This document shows positions 26,640 through 36,188 of a stretch of 38,207 nt of DNA, in pieces (the stretch's first letter is position 1; each line of letters starts with the position of its first letter). This stretch comes from Flavobacteriales bacterium. Lineage in GTDB: Bacteria > Bacteroidota > Bacteroidia > Flavobacteriales_D > UBA2798. Made by a program: the position numbers and the translations under genes. The stretch lies in contig DASPJQ010000071.1 in assembly GCA_035628535.1 (NCBI GenBank), positions 1-38,207 of the forward strand. Reading direction: 5' to 3'. Below the pieces are notes generated by a model. That model worked only from the letters and a program-made list of their open reading frames with translations, was not told where the DNA came from and did not search any database.

Positions 26640-27368
26640 TTATAGCAATGAAGCAACTTCGGTCCAGTTAACCAGGTTATACCAATTGGTGATATAGTCC
26701 TTACGCAGGTTCTGGTATTTTAAATAATAAGCATGTTCCCAAACGTCAATACCCAATAGGGGTTTGCCTTTTACATCGGCCACGTCCATAAGCGGGTTGT
26801 CCTGATTGGGTGTGCTTACGATTTCAAGTTTACCGTCCTTTTGAATGAGCCACGCCCAGCCTGAGCCGAAACGTTTCATGGCGGCATCGGTAAACGATTC
26901 CTTGAATTTATCAAGCGACCCGAACTGCCCGTTAATAGCATCGGCCACTTTACCTGCGTAAGTTCCTGATGCGTTAGGTCGCATCCATTTCCAGAACTGC
27001 GTATGGTTCCAATGGCCGCCCGCATTGTTGCGGGTTGCCGTTGTGTATTTTGAAATGTTGGCAATTATTTTTTCAAGCGATCCTTCGGTCACCTTTTGTT
27101 CGGCAAGGGCCTTGTTGAGGTTGTTGATGTAGGCGGTGTGGTGCTTGCTGTAATGGATTTCCATAGTCATTTTATCAATGTGTGGTTCAAGCGCATTAAA
27201 ATCGTATGGCAGGGGAAGCTGCTTGAATTCGATGGGCCCCTGGAAATTATCAGGATGTGGCGGATCGTTATTCAGGACTGTAGCGCCTGTTTTACATCCA
27301 ACCAGCACGGCCCCGGTAACAATGGCCGTATTTTTAATGAATTTCCTGCGTGATTTGTCTTCTTCCAT
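26640..27368 (-). CDS. Fe/Mn-family superoxide dismutase with a twin-arginine signal and lipobox-like Cys
   Basis: LPYDFNALEPHIDKMTMEIHYSKHH, WNHTQFW and GIDVWEHAYYLKYQN are Fe/Mn SOD hallmarks. The N-terminus SRRKFIKNTAIVTGAVLVGC matches the Tat consensus (S/T-R-R-x-F-L-K) followed by L-V-G-C. Confidence 0.9.
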   Translation of the reverse strand: MEEDKSRRKFIKNTAIVTGAVLVGCKTGATVLNNDPPHPDNFQGPIEFKQLPLPYDFNALEPHIDKMTMEIHYSKHHTAYINNLNKALAEQKVTEGSLEKIIANISKYTTATRNNAGGHWNHTQFWKWMRPNASGTYAGKVADAINGQFGSLDKFKESFTDAAMKRFGSGWAWLIQKDGKLEIVSTPNQDNPLMDVADVKGKPLLGIDVWEHAYYLKYQNLRKDYITNWYNLVNWTEVASLL

Positions 27369-27374
27369 ACGCCT

Positions 27375-27896
27375 TTAATTAAATTTAATTAAAACCTGGT
27401 TTTTTTCAACGGCCTGACCCTTGTTTACTTCTATTGATTGCACTACGCCATCGGCCGCGGCTTTGAGCACATTTTCCATTTTCATGGCTTCAAGAATAAC
27501 AATGGCCTGGTCTTTTTTAACCTGTTCGCCAGCTGAAACTTCCACTTTTACCACGAGGCCGGGCATTGGTGCTTTGAGTTCCTTCATTTTTTTAACGGTA
27601 CCGGTGTCCATGCCCAGTTTTTTTAGCAATAACTGCATTTCATCGTGGGCCGAAACCGAACACTTTTTGCCATTTACGATCAGAACGGCCTTTTTGGATT
27701 CGCGCTCGAATCGCAATACGTACACATCAACGCTTTTATTGTCAAGAAGCACGGTAAAATGCTTGTTTCCTTTCTCAACCTGTTCGAAAATGTGGGTGCG
27801 GCCGTCAATGACAATGGTCCCATTTTGGAAAGCGGTTTCAACTATTTTGGCAGGTTGATTATTCAGGCTTACCTCTAACTTCATATCAGCAATCAT
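27375..27896 (-). CDS. Biotin carboxyl carrier protein-like (biotinyl domain) protein
   Basis: The C-terminal biotinyl domain has the EAMKMEN attachment motif and APMPGLVVKV. The N-terminal roughly 90 aa are unassigned. Confidence 0.8.
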   Translation of the reverse strand: MIADMKLEVSLNNQPAKIVETAFQNGTIVIDGRTHIFEQVEKGNKHFTVLLDNKSVDVYVLRFERESKKAVLIVNGKKCSVSAHDEMQLLLKKLGMDTGTVKKMKELKAPMPGLVVKVEVSAGEQVKKDQAIVILEAMKMENVLKAAADGVVQSIEVNKGQAVEKNQVLIKFN

Positions 27897-27988
27897 TTAA
27901 TGGCTATAAAATTATCATTTTTTATGGGTCCACCTATTTGATATTAGCTATAAAATCCTCATTTTAGCTGAATATTTATCCCTGATCG

Positions 27989-30691
27989 ATGAAAAAAGCT
28001 ACAATTTTTGTTTGCGCGGGCCTGTCAATTATGGCTACGTGCAAACAATCAAAAGAGGTAACCAGCACCAATACAACGAACCACACCGAGGTTGTTAGTG
28101 AAAACTCTGAACTTTACGATCCCAATTATACAGCAGAAGACAACGCTAAAAAAAATGTAAGGCCCGTTTACCAGGCCACTGAAACACGTGTAAATAACCT
28201 GTTGCATACCAAACTGGAAGTAAGTTTTGACTTTAAAAAACGTTACCTGAACGGCAAGGCCACCATTGACCTTACACCGCATTTTTATCCCACCAACAAG
28301 CTCAGCCTTGACGCCAAGGGCATGGACATTCACAAAGTACAGTTGCTTGAGGGGAATACCAAAACCGACCTTGCTTATACATACGATACGCTTGACCTTT
28401 CCATCACGCTGCCTAAAACGTATAAGAAGGGCGATAAATATACGGTGTACATTGAGTACACGGCTAAACCTGATGAACTGGAGGCCGGGGGAAGCGCGGC
28501 CATTACCAGCGACAAAGGCTTGTATTTTATTGACCCGGATGAAAATATAGATGGAAAACCCACGCAAATATGGACACAGGGTGAAACGGAGGCAAGTTCA
28601 TGCTGGTTTCCCACCATTGACCGCAGTAACCAACGTCAGACGGAAGAAATTCTCATTACCGTTCCGAATAAATTCAAAACCCTTTCAAACGGGTTGATGG
28701 TTGCCAGCAAAACAAACCCTGATGGTACACGTACTGACCACTGGAAAATGAACCAGCCCCATGCACCTTACCTGGTTATGATGGCCATTGGTGAATACAG
28801 TGTAGTGACGGATAAATGGAAAAAGAAAAACGGAAAAGAAATAGAAGTTTCCTATTACGTTGACCCCGAATACGAGGCATACGCACGCGATATTTTTGGA
28901 GAGACCCCCCGCATGCTGCAGTTTTTTTCAGACCGTTTGGGTGTGGAATACGCATGGGACAAATATTCGCAGGTGGTGGTGCGCGATTATGTTTCGGGCG
29001 CTATGGAAAACACAACAGCTACCATTCACGGTGAATTTTTGCACCGTACCAAGCGCGAATTACTTGACGGGAACAATGAATCCATTATAGCCCATGAATT
29101 GTTTCACCATTGGTTTGGCGACCTGGTAACGTGCGAAAGCTGGTCAAATTTACCGCTTAACGAATCATTTGCCAACTACAGCCAGTTTTTATGGGATGAA
29201 TACAAATACGGGCGCGATGAGGCCGATTACCAGGCCCTGAAAGAAGCGCAGGGTTATTTTGCATCGGCCAAGCAACAAGGTTATGTTGACATGATACGTT
29301 TTGATTATGGCGATAAGGAAGAGATGTTTGATGCGCATTCGTACAATAAAGGCGGGCGTATTTTAAACATGTTGCGCAATTATGTAGGCGATGATGCTTT
29401 TTTTGAATCACTACGCGTGTACCTGACTGAAAACATGTTCCAGCCTGCCGAGATCCACAATTTGCGCCTGGCATTTGAAAAAGTAACCGGTGAGGACCTT
29501 AACTGGTTTTTTAATGAATGGTTCCTTGCCAAGGGTCATCCTGAATTAAAAATAACGCAGGAATATGACAGTATTTTAAATAAAGTGTACGTAAAAGTAG
29601 TACAGCAACAGGATTTAAACCACGTACCTTTATACCAATTACCGGTAAAGATTGATGTGTACTCACCCGCTAATCCTGAAGGAAAAACACACGAGGTAGT
29701 GATCAATGAGCGTGAGCAGTTATTTACACTGGAATGTGAAGGCGGAAAGCCGTTGCTTGTGAATTTTGATGCTGATAAAGTATTGCTGTGTGAGAAGGAC
29801 GATGACAAACCGGTTGAACAGTTTATTGTGCAATATTACAAGGGAAAAAATTTCCTGGACCGGTATGAGGCCATAAAGGAATGTTCAAATTCATCAAAAG
29901 AAGCGGCCAAAAAAGTCGTACTTGATGCGTTGGATGACAAATTCTGGTATTTGCGTGAAATGGCCGCTAAAAGTTTAAAGCGCCAGGTTGCTGCCAATGG
30001 CGAAATGATCAAAAATAAATTGTCAACCATGGCCAGGACGGCAAAAGAAGCCTCCTTGCGTTCAACATCAATCAGGCAACTGGCAAAATATTTTGAAGGG
30101 GATAAAAGTTTATTGCCTTTGTACGAAGAAGCCACCAACGACCAGTCCTACGATGTAATGGCCGAAGGTTTTGCCGCTATTTCAAAACTGGACCCGGATG
30201 CAGGTGTAAAACTGGCACGCAAAAATACCAACGAAAAAAATTCGACCATACGTTCGGTGGTTGCCGAAATACTTGCGGAGTATGGTGATGTAAGCGACCA
30301 TCAGTTTTTCCTGGATGCCATGAAAAAATCAACCGGGTTTGAAAAATACGGCATGATGAGTTTGTATAACGGTTATTTAAAACACCAACCCGATTCGGAA
30401 GTGGATAAAGGCATAGCGGTGTTTGAAGACGTGGCACGCAATGGAAACACATGGTGGATAAAACTGGGCGGCTACCAAATGCTGAACGGTTTGCAGGCGC
30501 ATTTTTCAAAACGTGAAATGGAACATAATGCCTTGGCCGAAAGCCTGAAAAAAGACGGAAAAACCATGGAGGCCACCCAAGAGGAGGGAGAAGCTGTAAA
30601 ATGCAAAAACCAGCAGGAACGTATCAATGCATTGCTTGTTGAATTAAAAAGTAAAGAGACGGACAAGAATTTATTGCAATATTTGAAGTAA
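27989..30691 (+). CDS. M1-family zinc aminopeptidase (aminopeptidase N-like) with a C-terminal HEAT/ARM-like region
   Basis: GAMEN exopeptidase motif, HELFHHWFGD (HEXXH) and the downstream NESFANY Glu ligand. N-terminal signal or lipoprotein-like sequence. Confidence 0.9.
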   Translation: MKKATIFVCAGLSIMATCKQSKEVTSTNTTNHTEVVSENSELYDPNYTAEDNAKKNVRPVYQATETRVNNLLHTKLEVSFDFKKRYLNGKATIDLTPHFYPTNKLSLDAKGMDIHKVQLLEGNTKTDLAYTYDTLDLSITLPKTYKKGDKYTVYIEYTAKPDELEAGGSAAITSDKGLYFIDPDENIDGKPTQIWTQGETEASSCWFPTIDRSNQRQTEEILITVPNKFKTLSNGLMVASKTNPDGTRTDHWKMNQPHAPYLVMMAIGEYSVVTDKWKKKNGKEIEVSYYVDPEYEAYARDIFGETPRMLQFFSDRLGVEYAWDKYSQVVVRDYVSGAMENTTATIHGEFLHRTKRELLDGNNESIIAHELFHHWFGDLVTCESWSNLPLNESFANYSQFLWDEYKYGRDEADYQALKEAQGYFASAKQQGYVDMIRFDYGDKEEMFDAHSYNKGGRILNMLRNYVGDDAFFESLRVYLTENMFQPAEIHNLRLAFEKVTGEDLNWFFNEWFLAKGHPELKITQEYDSILNKVYVKVVQQQDLNHVPLYQLPVKIDVYSPANPEGKTHEVVINEREQLFTLECEGGKPLLVNFDADKVLLCEKDDDKPVEQFIVQYYKGKNFLDRYEAIKECSNSSKEAAKKVVLDALDDKFWYLREMAAKSLKRQVAANGEMIKNKLSTMARTAKEASLRSTSIRQLAKYFEGDKSLLPLYEEATNDQSYDVMAEGFAAISKLDPDAGVKLARKNTNEKNSTIRSVVAEILAEYGDVSDHQFFLDAMKKSTGFEKYGMMSLYNGYLKHQPDSEVDKGIAVFEDVARNGNTWWIKLGGYQMLNGLQAHFSKREMEHNALAESLKKDGKTMEATQEEGEAVKCKNQQERINALLVELKSKETDKNLLQYLK

Positions 30692-30792
30692 AATAATCCA
30701 CGATAAGCTTAAATTTTTCTTGACTGTGGCTGGACTTGATAACCGTAATTACGAAGTCTCACAAGGATGATCTCTTAACCATGTTATGAAAG

Positions 30793-30811
30793 AAAGCCCC
30801 GCCAGGGCTTT
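30793..30811 (-). terminator. GC-rich hairpin in the convergent gap, candidate terminator for the T9SS cargo gene
   Basis: AAAGCCC-CGCCA-GGGCTTT, a perfect 7-bp stem. On the minus strand it is followed by CTTTCATAAC (moderately T-rich). On the + strand it has no T tract. Confidence 0.4.
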
Positions 30812-30940
30812 GCATCGGTAAGGTGTTCATGAGTAATATGCCGCCCCAAACGGGTTTACCCAGTTTAAAGACATAAATATCTAAAATTGGGGATAGAAAA
30901 CCTGCCAAATTTATTAAGAAAATTAATCCAACAGGTGGTC

Positions 30941-33900
30941 CTACTGCTTCATCACTTTTCGCGTTACAACGGTCTTGTCAGTACGCAATGTAATAAAATA
31001 AGTACCATTGTTATAATTTGATAAATCAACATCCACGGCTTCGGCAGTCAGACCGTTGAATTTATGTGCAAAAACTTTTTGCCCAAGCACATCGCAAACT
31101 TCAATAAAACCATTGGTTGCCTCGGTAAAATTGGCATCAACATAAATGTGACCATTTGTGGGATTTGGGTAAACGTTTAATTCCAAAAAACTGTTTAAAA
31201 CAATATCATCTACATTGTTTGTTAAACCAATGGTGAATTGATAATAAATTTGCCCGCCAAAGTCGGCATTGAAACTTTTTAGGATTGAGCCGGTGGTTTT
31301 GCGTAAGCGCGCCAGTCCCACACCTTGCGCTGTATTGGCCCAGAATGATAACCCGTCTTCACCGGTATCAATCAATTCAAATTCATAACATCCATCCGGC
31401 AAATGAAGGGTGTCTTTATAATTGGTATTCGCGGTTAATCCACTTGTACGGTCCAGTATCACGGTTCCTGTATAAGCGTCTTTGAGCGTATATGAAGTTT
31501 CCCACGGATAATTATTGGTTTTTACTTCAACAAAAAAATCGGCAGGGAGTACAGGCGGATACGTGTACGGGGTGGTTATTGAATTGTTGTAGGAATATTG
31601 GTCAGGCAAGCCATTTGGATTACTTACAGTCACATTGAAAGTGCTTGCACCTGTAGCCCAGGCAAAGGTTCCCAATATCACTTCTTCGGTTTCCATGAAT
31701 GCAAGGTTCCCGGTCCAGTTATAAACACTTGGGGTTGCACCATTCATGCCATAGGTAATGGTTAGCGATGTAAGATTGTTTGAACCCGTATTCTGAATTT
31801 TTATAACGGGGTGAGAACACACGGGATTCATGCGCGTCCACATTTGGTTTTGGCTCGGGCTCAACACATCAACCAGGGCCGCATCGTTTGTGAAATTTGG
31901 CGCCCCATAGTGAACAAGCTGGTCTTCTATTTGATAATAGTCCCAGCCTCCTGTATGCGAATACGCCTGTGCATCGTGATCAAGCACAGCTGTTGTTCCT
32001 GCAGTAACATACGGTGTCAATTCAAAATCATAGGTCCATACCTCGGCACCGGGACACCAATTGGCACGGTCGTATACCCAGGTGCCGCCTTGCGGATACA
32101 ACGGGTTGCGGTCACAGTTGTCGCGCCATACGTTTTTTACAAATTGCTGGACCCCGTCAACTTTATAATAATGGTCCTTGGCGCAAAATTCTGCGCAGTT
32201 TTCAGGGGTATCCATGCCGTGACCCGTAACACGCGATTTCCACCGTGAATTAACGGCACCGGCCGGTATATTCACCGTAATTGGTGTCAGGTAATTGTCA
32301 ATGGGATCGCTTGGGTTGCCGTAGTTGAACCCGCCATTCCATAAATTTTCAATGCTTATGATATCGCGCGGAGGAATTCCTTTGATCATTAAAAATTCCA
32401 TTTCCAGCAATTCCTGCCAGTTGCCCGCTTCCAAATGCACACTGTCGTGCAACAAGGTGCGGTAATCGCTCACATCAAATGTCCAGGTCCAGCCTGTTCC
32501 CAGCGATAACCCTATTCCATACGGTGTAATGTAACGTGCCAACTCGTAACGTATGACCTGTGGATATAAATTGTAATAGTCATACGAACCGGCCAGCAAC
32601 GTACTGTCAGGCGTCACGTAAACGGAATCAATGGCATTGCCCATGGCATCGTACAAATACTGGTTGTAATAATCGGGCCAAACAAGCAACGTATCGGTTG
32701 CAATGCCAGGGTTTGTGACCGAATCACCATAAATAAAAACGGTGAGTGGTGCGTTCATGGTTGAATCAATCACAAGCACGCTGTCAATGGCTGTTGTAAA
32801 CACACCTTGTTCAAATATGATGTTCGGGCGATTAACCGTTTCGAAAAAGCCATATTGGAGATCGGCAGCGTTCTTAAGCGGATTACCTGTGCCAATAAAG
32901 GTCGCATCAGGATGAGCGCCCGGGGCCGCATCGCTTGCTGTGGTGAAATTACCCTCGTCAAAATGATAGTACGCAACAAGGTTTGAATAATAAGGATGTG
33001 TTGCGTCAATTGTTTTACGCATGTAGTTTTGAATGGTGGCAGCATCCAATTCAGTATTGAACACAGTAAATTCATCCATGTTCCCTTCATAACTGAGTGA
33101 ACCACTCCACAATCCTTTTCCCAGGCGGAATTTTTTGATTTTTGGAATGTCCTTTACTTTACCGGTACCGCTGTGCCACAATACACCGTTCAGGTAAATT
33201 TTCATGGAACCCGTGGCAACATTTTTTGTAAAGGTCCAGTAATTCCATTGCCCTTCAATTTCGCTTGTTGTAGCGGCCTTGTTGATGCGGTCATAACTTG
33301 TACCGCTAAAACCGGCATCCCAGTATACATTGCTATCGCTCCAGGGCATGTGGGCATTCAATACGCGGTTGCTCAATGTATCAAACGCCTCGAAACAGGT
33401 ACCGTCCATGGGTTGCATGGCAGGATCGCCATAGGCCCAGTAACTGATTGTTACAGCCGAGTCAATGCTGTATAGGTCATTGTTCACGGCCAGTTCAATG
33501 TATGACGCAGCGCCAAAATCGGCACAGCGGTCTTCGCCTGACCGCGTTATGCCTGAAACAAATGGCGTTGCAGAAGCGCTCACTACGTTATCAATTCCAT
33601 TAGCCGTATTATCATAGGTAATTTCTATAAGCAGGTTAGAGGTACCGTCCCAGTTAAAAGCGTTGGTCAACGAAATGGCATTCCACCCGGGACTTAAAAA
33701 CGTTGTGTTTTTCAGGTACACGGTAATGAAACCTGAATTGTCAAGTGTTTCCTGCGTAAGCGTGTCAGCCGTTGTTGATTTAATGCGAATGGTAAGGTTG
33801 CGCATGGTTGAACCGAGTGATTGCAGGTAAAACTGTAGCGCAGTAATGTCACCGGCAACCATTCCTGCTGCGGTCATTTCACTGGCGCGCCATAAATACT

Positions 33901-34375
33901 GGCTGCGCGAAATTACCGAAGCAGTTCCAAAAGGATTGGAGGATGGAACAGTACCTGTTCCAATGGTGTCACGTGTTAACGAAGCAGTGTCGGTATGCGT
34001 GGCAAAATACTGCCAGGTAGGATAAAACGTATAGGACGGTGTATTCATGTATGGAGTACTGGCCGGCATTGAACCGTTAACGGTGTACACGGGCTGGTTG
34101 ATTAACGATGAATCCATCAATCCCGTATGTTGATATAAATAGGTATAGGTCAAATAATCCCATTCGCCACAGGCAGGACTCATGGATGGGTTGCACTTTA
34201 ATTTGTAACGCATCAGGATTTTTTCAAAACGGATGGTATCATCGGGAAAAACAAACCACGCATTTTGCGGTGAGCCAAATGTGAAAGTAGGTACATGAAT
34301 GGTATCACCGTGCTGTGCATTGGCCTTAAACGTAAAAGACAGTAAAAGTGTAATTGCAAAAAGGAATTTTTTCAT
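30941..34375 (-). CDS. T9SS-secreted multidomain protein: PNGase F-like core interrupted by a large insertion containing a LamG-like domain, with a C-terminal type-A sorting domain
   Basis: Signal peptide. Motifs CGEWDY (aa 69-74), RYITPYG (about aa 610), CAEFCAKDH and NWCPGAEV parallel the CDEWD / ITPY / CAEWC / WCPG motifs of PNGase F as I remember them. GNMDEFTVFNTELDAATIQNYM is a Laminin_G_3-type motif. The C-terminal LNVYPNPTNGHIYV...TYFITLRT matches the T9SS C-terminal domain. Confidence 0.8.
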   Translation of the reverse strand: MKKFLFAITLLLSFTFKANAQHGDTIHVPTFTFGSPQNAWFVFPDDTIRFEKILMRYKLKCNPSMSPACGEWDYLTYTYLYQHTGLMDSSLINQPVYTVNGSMPASTPYMNTPSYTFYPTWQYFATHTDTASLTRDTIGTGTVPSSNPFGTASVISRSQYLWRASEMTAAGMVAGDITALQFYLQSLGSTMRNLTIRIKSTTADTLTQETLDNSGFITVYLKNTTFLSPGWNAISLTNAFNWDGTSNLLIEITYDNTANGIDNVVSASATPFVSGITRSGEDRCADFGAASYIELAVNNDLYSIDSAVTISYWAYGDPAMQPMDGTCFEAFDTLSNRVLNAHMPWSDSNVYWDAGFSGTSYDRINKAATTSEIEGQWNYWTFTKNVATGSMKIYLNGVLWHSGTGKVKDIPKIKKFRLGKGLWSGSLSYEGNMDEFTVFNTELDAATIQNYMRKTIDATHPYYSNLVAYYHFDEGNFTTASDAAPGAHPDATFIGTGNPLKNAADLQYGFFETVNRPNIIFEQGVFTTAIDSVLVIDSTMNAPLTVFIYGDSVTNPGIATDTLLVWPDYYNQYLYDAMGNAIDSVYVTPDSTLLAGSYDYYNLYPQVIRYELARYITPYGIGLSLGTGWTWTFDVSDYRTLLHDSVHLEAGNWQELLEMEFLMIKGIPPRDIISIENLWNGGFNYGNPSDPIDNYLTPITVNIPAGAVNSRWKSRVTGHGMDTPENCAEFCAKDHYYKVDGVQQFVKNVWRDNCDRNPLYPQGGTWVYDRANWCPGAEVWTYDFELTPYVTAGTTAVLDHDAQAYSHTGGWDYYQIEDQLVHYGAPNFTNDAALVDVLSPSQNQMWTRMNPVCSHPVIKIQNTGSNNLTSLTITYGMNGATPSVYNWTGNLAFMETEEVILGTFAWATGASTFNVTVSNPNGLPDQYSYNNSITTPYTYPPVLPADFFVEVKTNNYPWETSYTLKDAYTGTVILDRTSGLTANTNYKDTLHLPDGCYEFELIDTGEDGLSFWANTAQGVGLARLRKTTGSILKSFNADFGGQIYYQFTIGLTNNVDDIVLNSFLELNVYPNPTNGHIYVDANFTEATNGFIEVCDVLGQKVFAHKFNGLTAEAVDVDLSNYNNGTYFITLRTDKTVVTRKVMKQ

Positions 34376-34401
34376 GGTAAGAATATGTTCTGGTTCCGGT
34401 G

Positions 34402-34409
34402 CAAAGGTA
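34402..34409 (-). promoter_or_regulatory. Candidate -7 box (TACCTTTG) for the T9SS cargo gene
   Basis: Exact TAnnTTTG match on the minus strand, 27 nt upstream of the ATG at 34375. Confidence 0.35.
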
Positions 34410-34574
34410 CGTCAAGGATATAAAAATGCCATGTAGTTGATGCTGAAATCTGCTTACCCATAAATTTCCCTAAAAGGTTTTATAGTATTGATAAACAGAT
34501 GATTATTTTTATTGTGATAACAATTAAAGCAATGCAAATGCGGTTTAATTCTTGGAAAGCTATTCAACCAGTAA

Positions 34575-35780
34575 TTAACCGCCCTGGCCCGCAATGAACC
34601 CGGTGGTCCATGCAGCCTGGAAATTAAAGCCTCCTGTTACGGCATCAATGTTCAAACACTCACCGGCAAAATACAAGCCAGGTATTTTTTTGCATTCCAT
34701 GGTTTTCATGTTGACTTCTTTTAAATCAACTCCGCCACAGGTCACAAATTCTTCTTTAAACGTACTTTTGCCGTTTATTTGCGCCCGGAACGCAGCCAGT
34801 TTTTTTATGAATGAATTTATTTCATCACGTGTTAAATCAGCCAACCTTTTTTCGCTGATATGCGCATCAATGCAAAGCGCCTCCCATAAACGTGAGGGGA
34901 TATAGGGTAAGCGCACATTCTTGCAGGTTTTGGATGCGTTGTGCGTACGCAACACCATAAAATCATGTGTAATTTGTTCAGGGTCCTGTATACCTGTAAA
35001 GTCGATTTCAATTTCGAACATGTAATTTTTTTCAGCCAGTTCTTTGGCCGCCCAGGCTGATAAGCGAAGTATGGCCGGTCCGCTGAATCCCCAATGCGTA
35101 AACAATAAAGGGCCATACGCCTCGAAACCGGTGCCGCATATTTTTATGTGCGCATTTGGCAGTGAAAGGCCCATGAGGCCGTTGAACAACTTATTTTTAT
35201 AATTGAATGTAAAGAGCGAGGGTACCGGGTCAACAACGTCAATGTTTTTTTTCCGAAGGAGTTCCCACATGCGCTCATTGCTGCCCGTGCATACAATAAC
35301 TTTGTTTGCTTTTACAACCAATCCGTCAGAAAAGGCGAGTAAGATTCCGTCCCGGTCCGGATTTAAATCCACAAGGCCTTTGTTCAGCTCAACCTGTATG
35401 CCGTATTTTTTTATCTCGCGTTCAAAACAATCAATAATGGTTTGGCTGCTGTCGGTAACGGGAAACATGCGCCCATCCTCCTCGGTTTTTAATTGTACAC
35501 CATGTTCTTCAAACCAGGTAATGGTGTCAAAGGTCATAAATGTGTGAAAGGGACCCAGCAGTTCTTTTTCACCGCGCGGGTAATTTTTAACAAGTTCTTT
35601 TTGTTCAAAGCATGCGTGGGTCACGTTGCAGCGTCCGCCTCCTGAAACTTTTACTTTTTGAAGGACCTTGTTGCTTTTTTCATAGATAACAATTTTACCG
35701 TTCGCGTGATTTGAAGCAGTTATTGCTGAAAAATAACCTGCAGCGCCACCGCCAATTATTGCCACGTCAATTTGAGCCAT
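34575..35780 (-). CDS. BaiN/RdsA (HI0933-like) family NAD(P)/FAD-dependent oxidoreductase
   Basis: N-terminal Rossmann motif DVAIIGGGAAGYF, the GGGRCNVTH motif, and C-terminal GLYFAGECLNIDAVTGGFNFQAAW. The ORF track extends to 35789 (MWSM...). MAQIDV at 35780 is the more typical start. Confidence 0.85.
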   Translation of the reverse strand: MAQIDVAIIGGGAAGYFSAITASNHANGKIVIYEKSNKVLQKVKVSGGGRCNVTHACFEQKELVKNYPRGEKELLGPFHTFMTFDTITWFEEHGVQLKTEEDGRMFPVTDSSQTIIDCFEREIKKYGIQVELNKGLVDLNPDRDGILLAFSDGLVVKANKVIVCTGSNERMWELLRKKNIDVVDPVPSLFTFNYKNKLFNGLMGLSLPNAHIKICGTGFEAYGPLLFTHWGFSGPAILRLSAWAAKELAEKNYMFEIEIDFTGIQDPEQITHDFMVLRTHNASKTCKNVRLPYIPSRLWEALCIDAHISEKRLADLTRDEINSFIKKLAAFRAQINGKSTFKEEFVTCGGVDLKEVNMKTMECKKIPGLYFAGECLNIDAVTGGFNFQAAWTTGFIAGQGG

Positions 35781-36188
35781 TGACCACATTTAAAAACTCG
35801 ATCCCCATCACTGTTATATCATCGGTTTGGGTATACTTTCTACGCCAGTTTTCAAGTTCCATGCGCAATAAACGTTGTTGTTCACGCATGGGGTTTGCTG
35901 CTACATTCATCAACAGTTCTCTGAATTTTTTGTACATGAACTTTCTGCCTTTATCGCCTCCGAATCGTTTAATTTTTTGAGTGAGTCAATTGTATATTTT
36001 GCTGACCTTTCAATTGAATAAAGCCACAACTGAGTAAAAGAATTGTAATAAGGCGCAAAAACATATGGCCTTAAGATAACTGTTTTTTCAATACGATTAT
36101 TTACCGCGATAGAGCCGAACGCCTGGTAAATGTACAATGCAATGACCTTTAGCAGCTGTTTACTTGCCCAATGGCACCTGTACACCAA
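35767..36188 (-). pseudogene. Decayed C-terminal remnant of a PP2C/SpoIIE-type phosphatase, frameshifted in an A6 tract
   Basis: The frame ending at TGA 35767..35769 hand-translates to IKRFGGDKGRKFMYKKFRELLMNVAANPMREQQRLLRMELENWRRKYTQTDDITVMGIEF. This matches the QFGG..G.KF....F.ELL......Q.DDI.V.G tail of SpoIIE-like phosphatases. Upstream it continues in another frame (ORF 35910..36188) across T6 35973..35978. The N-terminal catalytic half is absent, because the OMP gene occupies that space. Confidence 0.4.

Noticed and set aside
28049-28567. A 172-aa minus-strand ORF inside the M1 aminopeptidase gene
   Set aside because: It is antisense to a gene with unambiguous GAMEN/HEXXH motifs, and its product has no recognisable features.
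35711-35980. An 89-aa + strand ORF spanning the flavoprotein gene start and the phosphatase remnant
   Set aside because: It overlaps the 5' end of a well-supported gene on the opposite strand, and the minus-strand frame carries a clear PP2C-tail motif. Its product is low in complexity.
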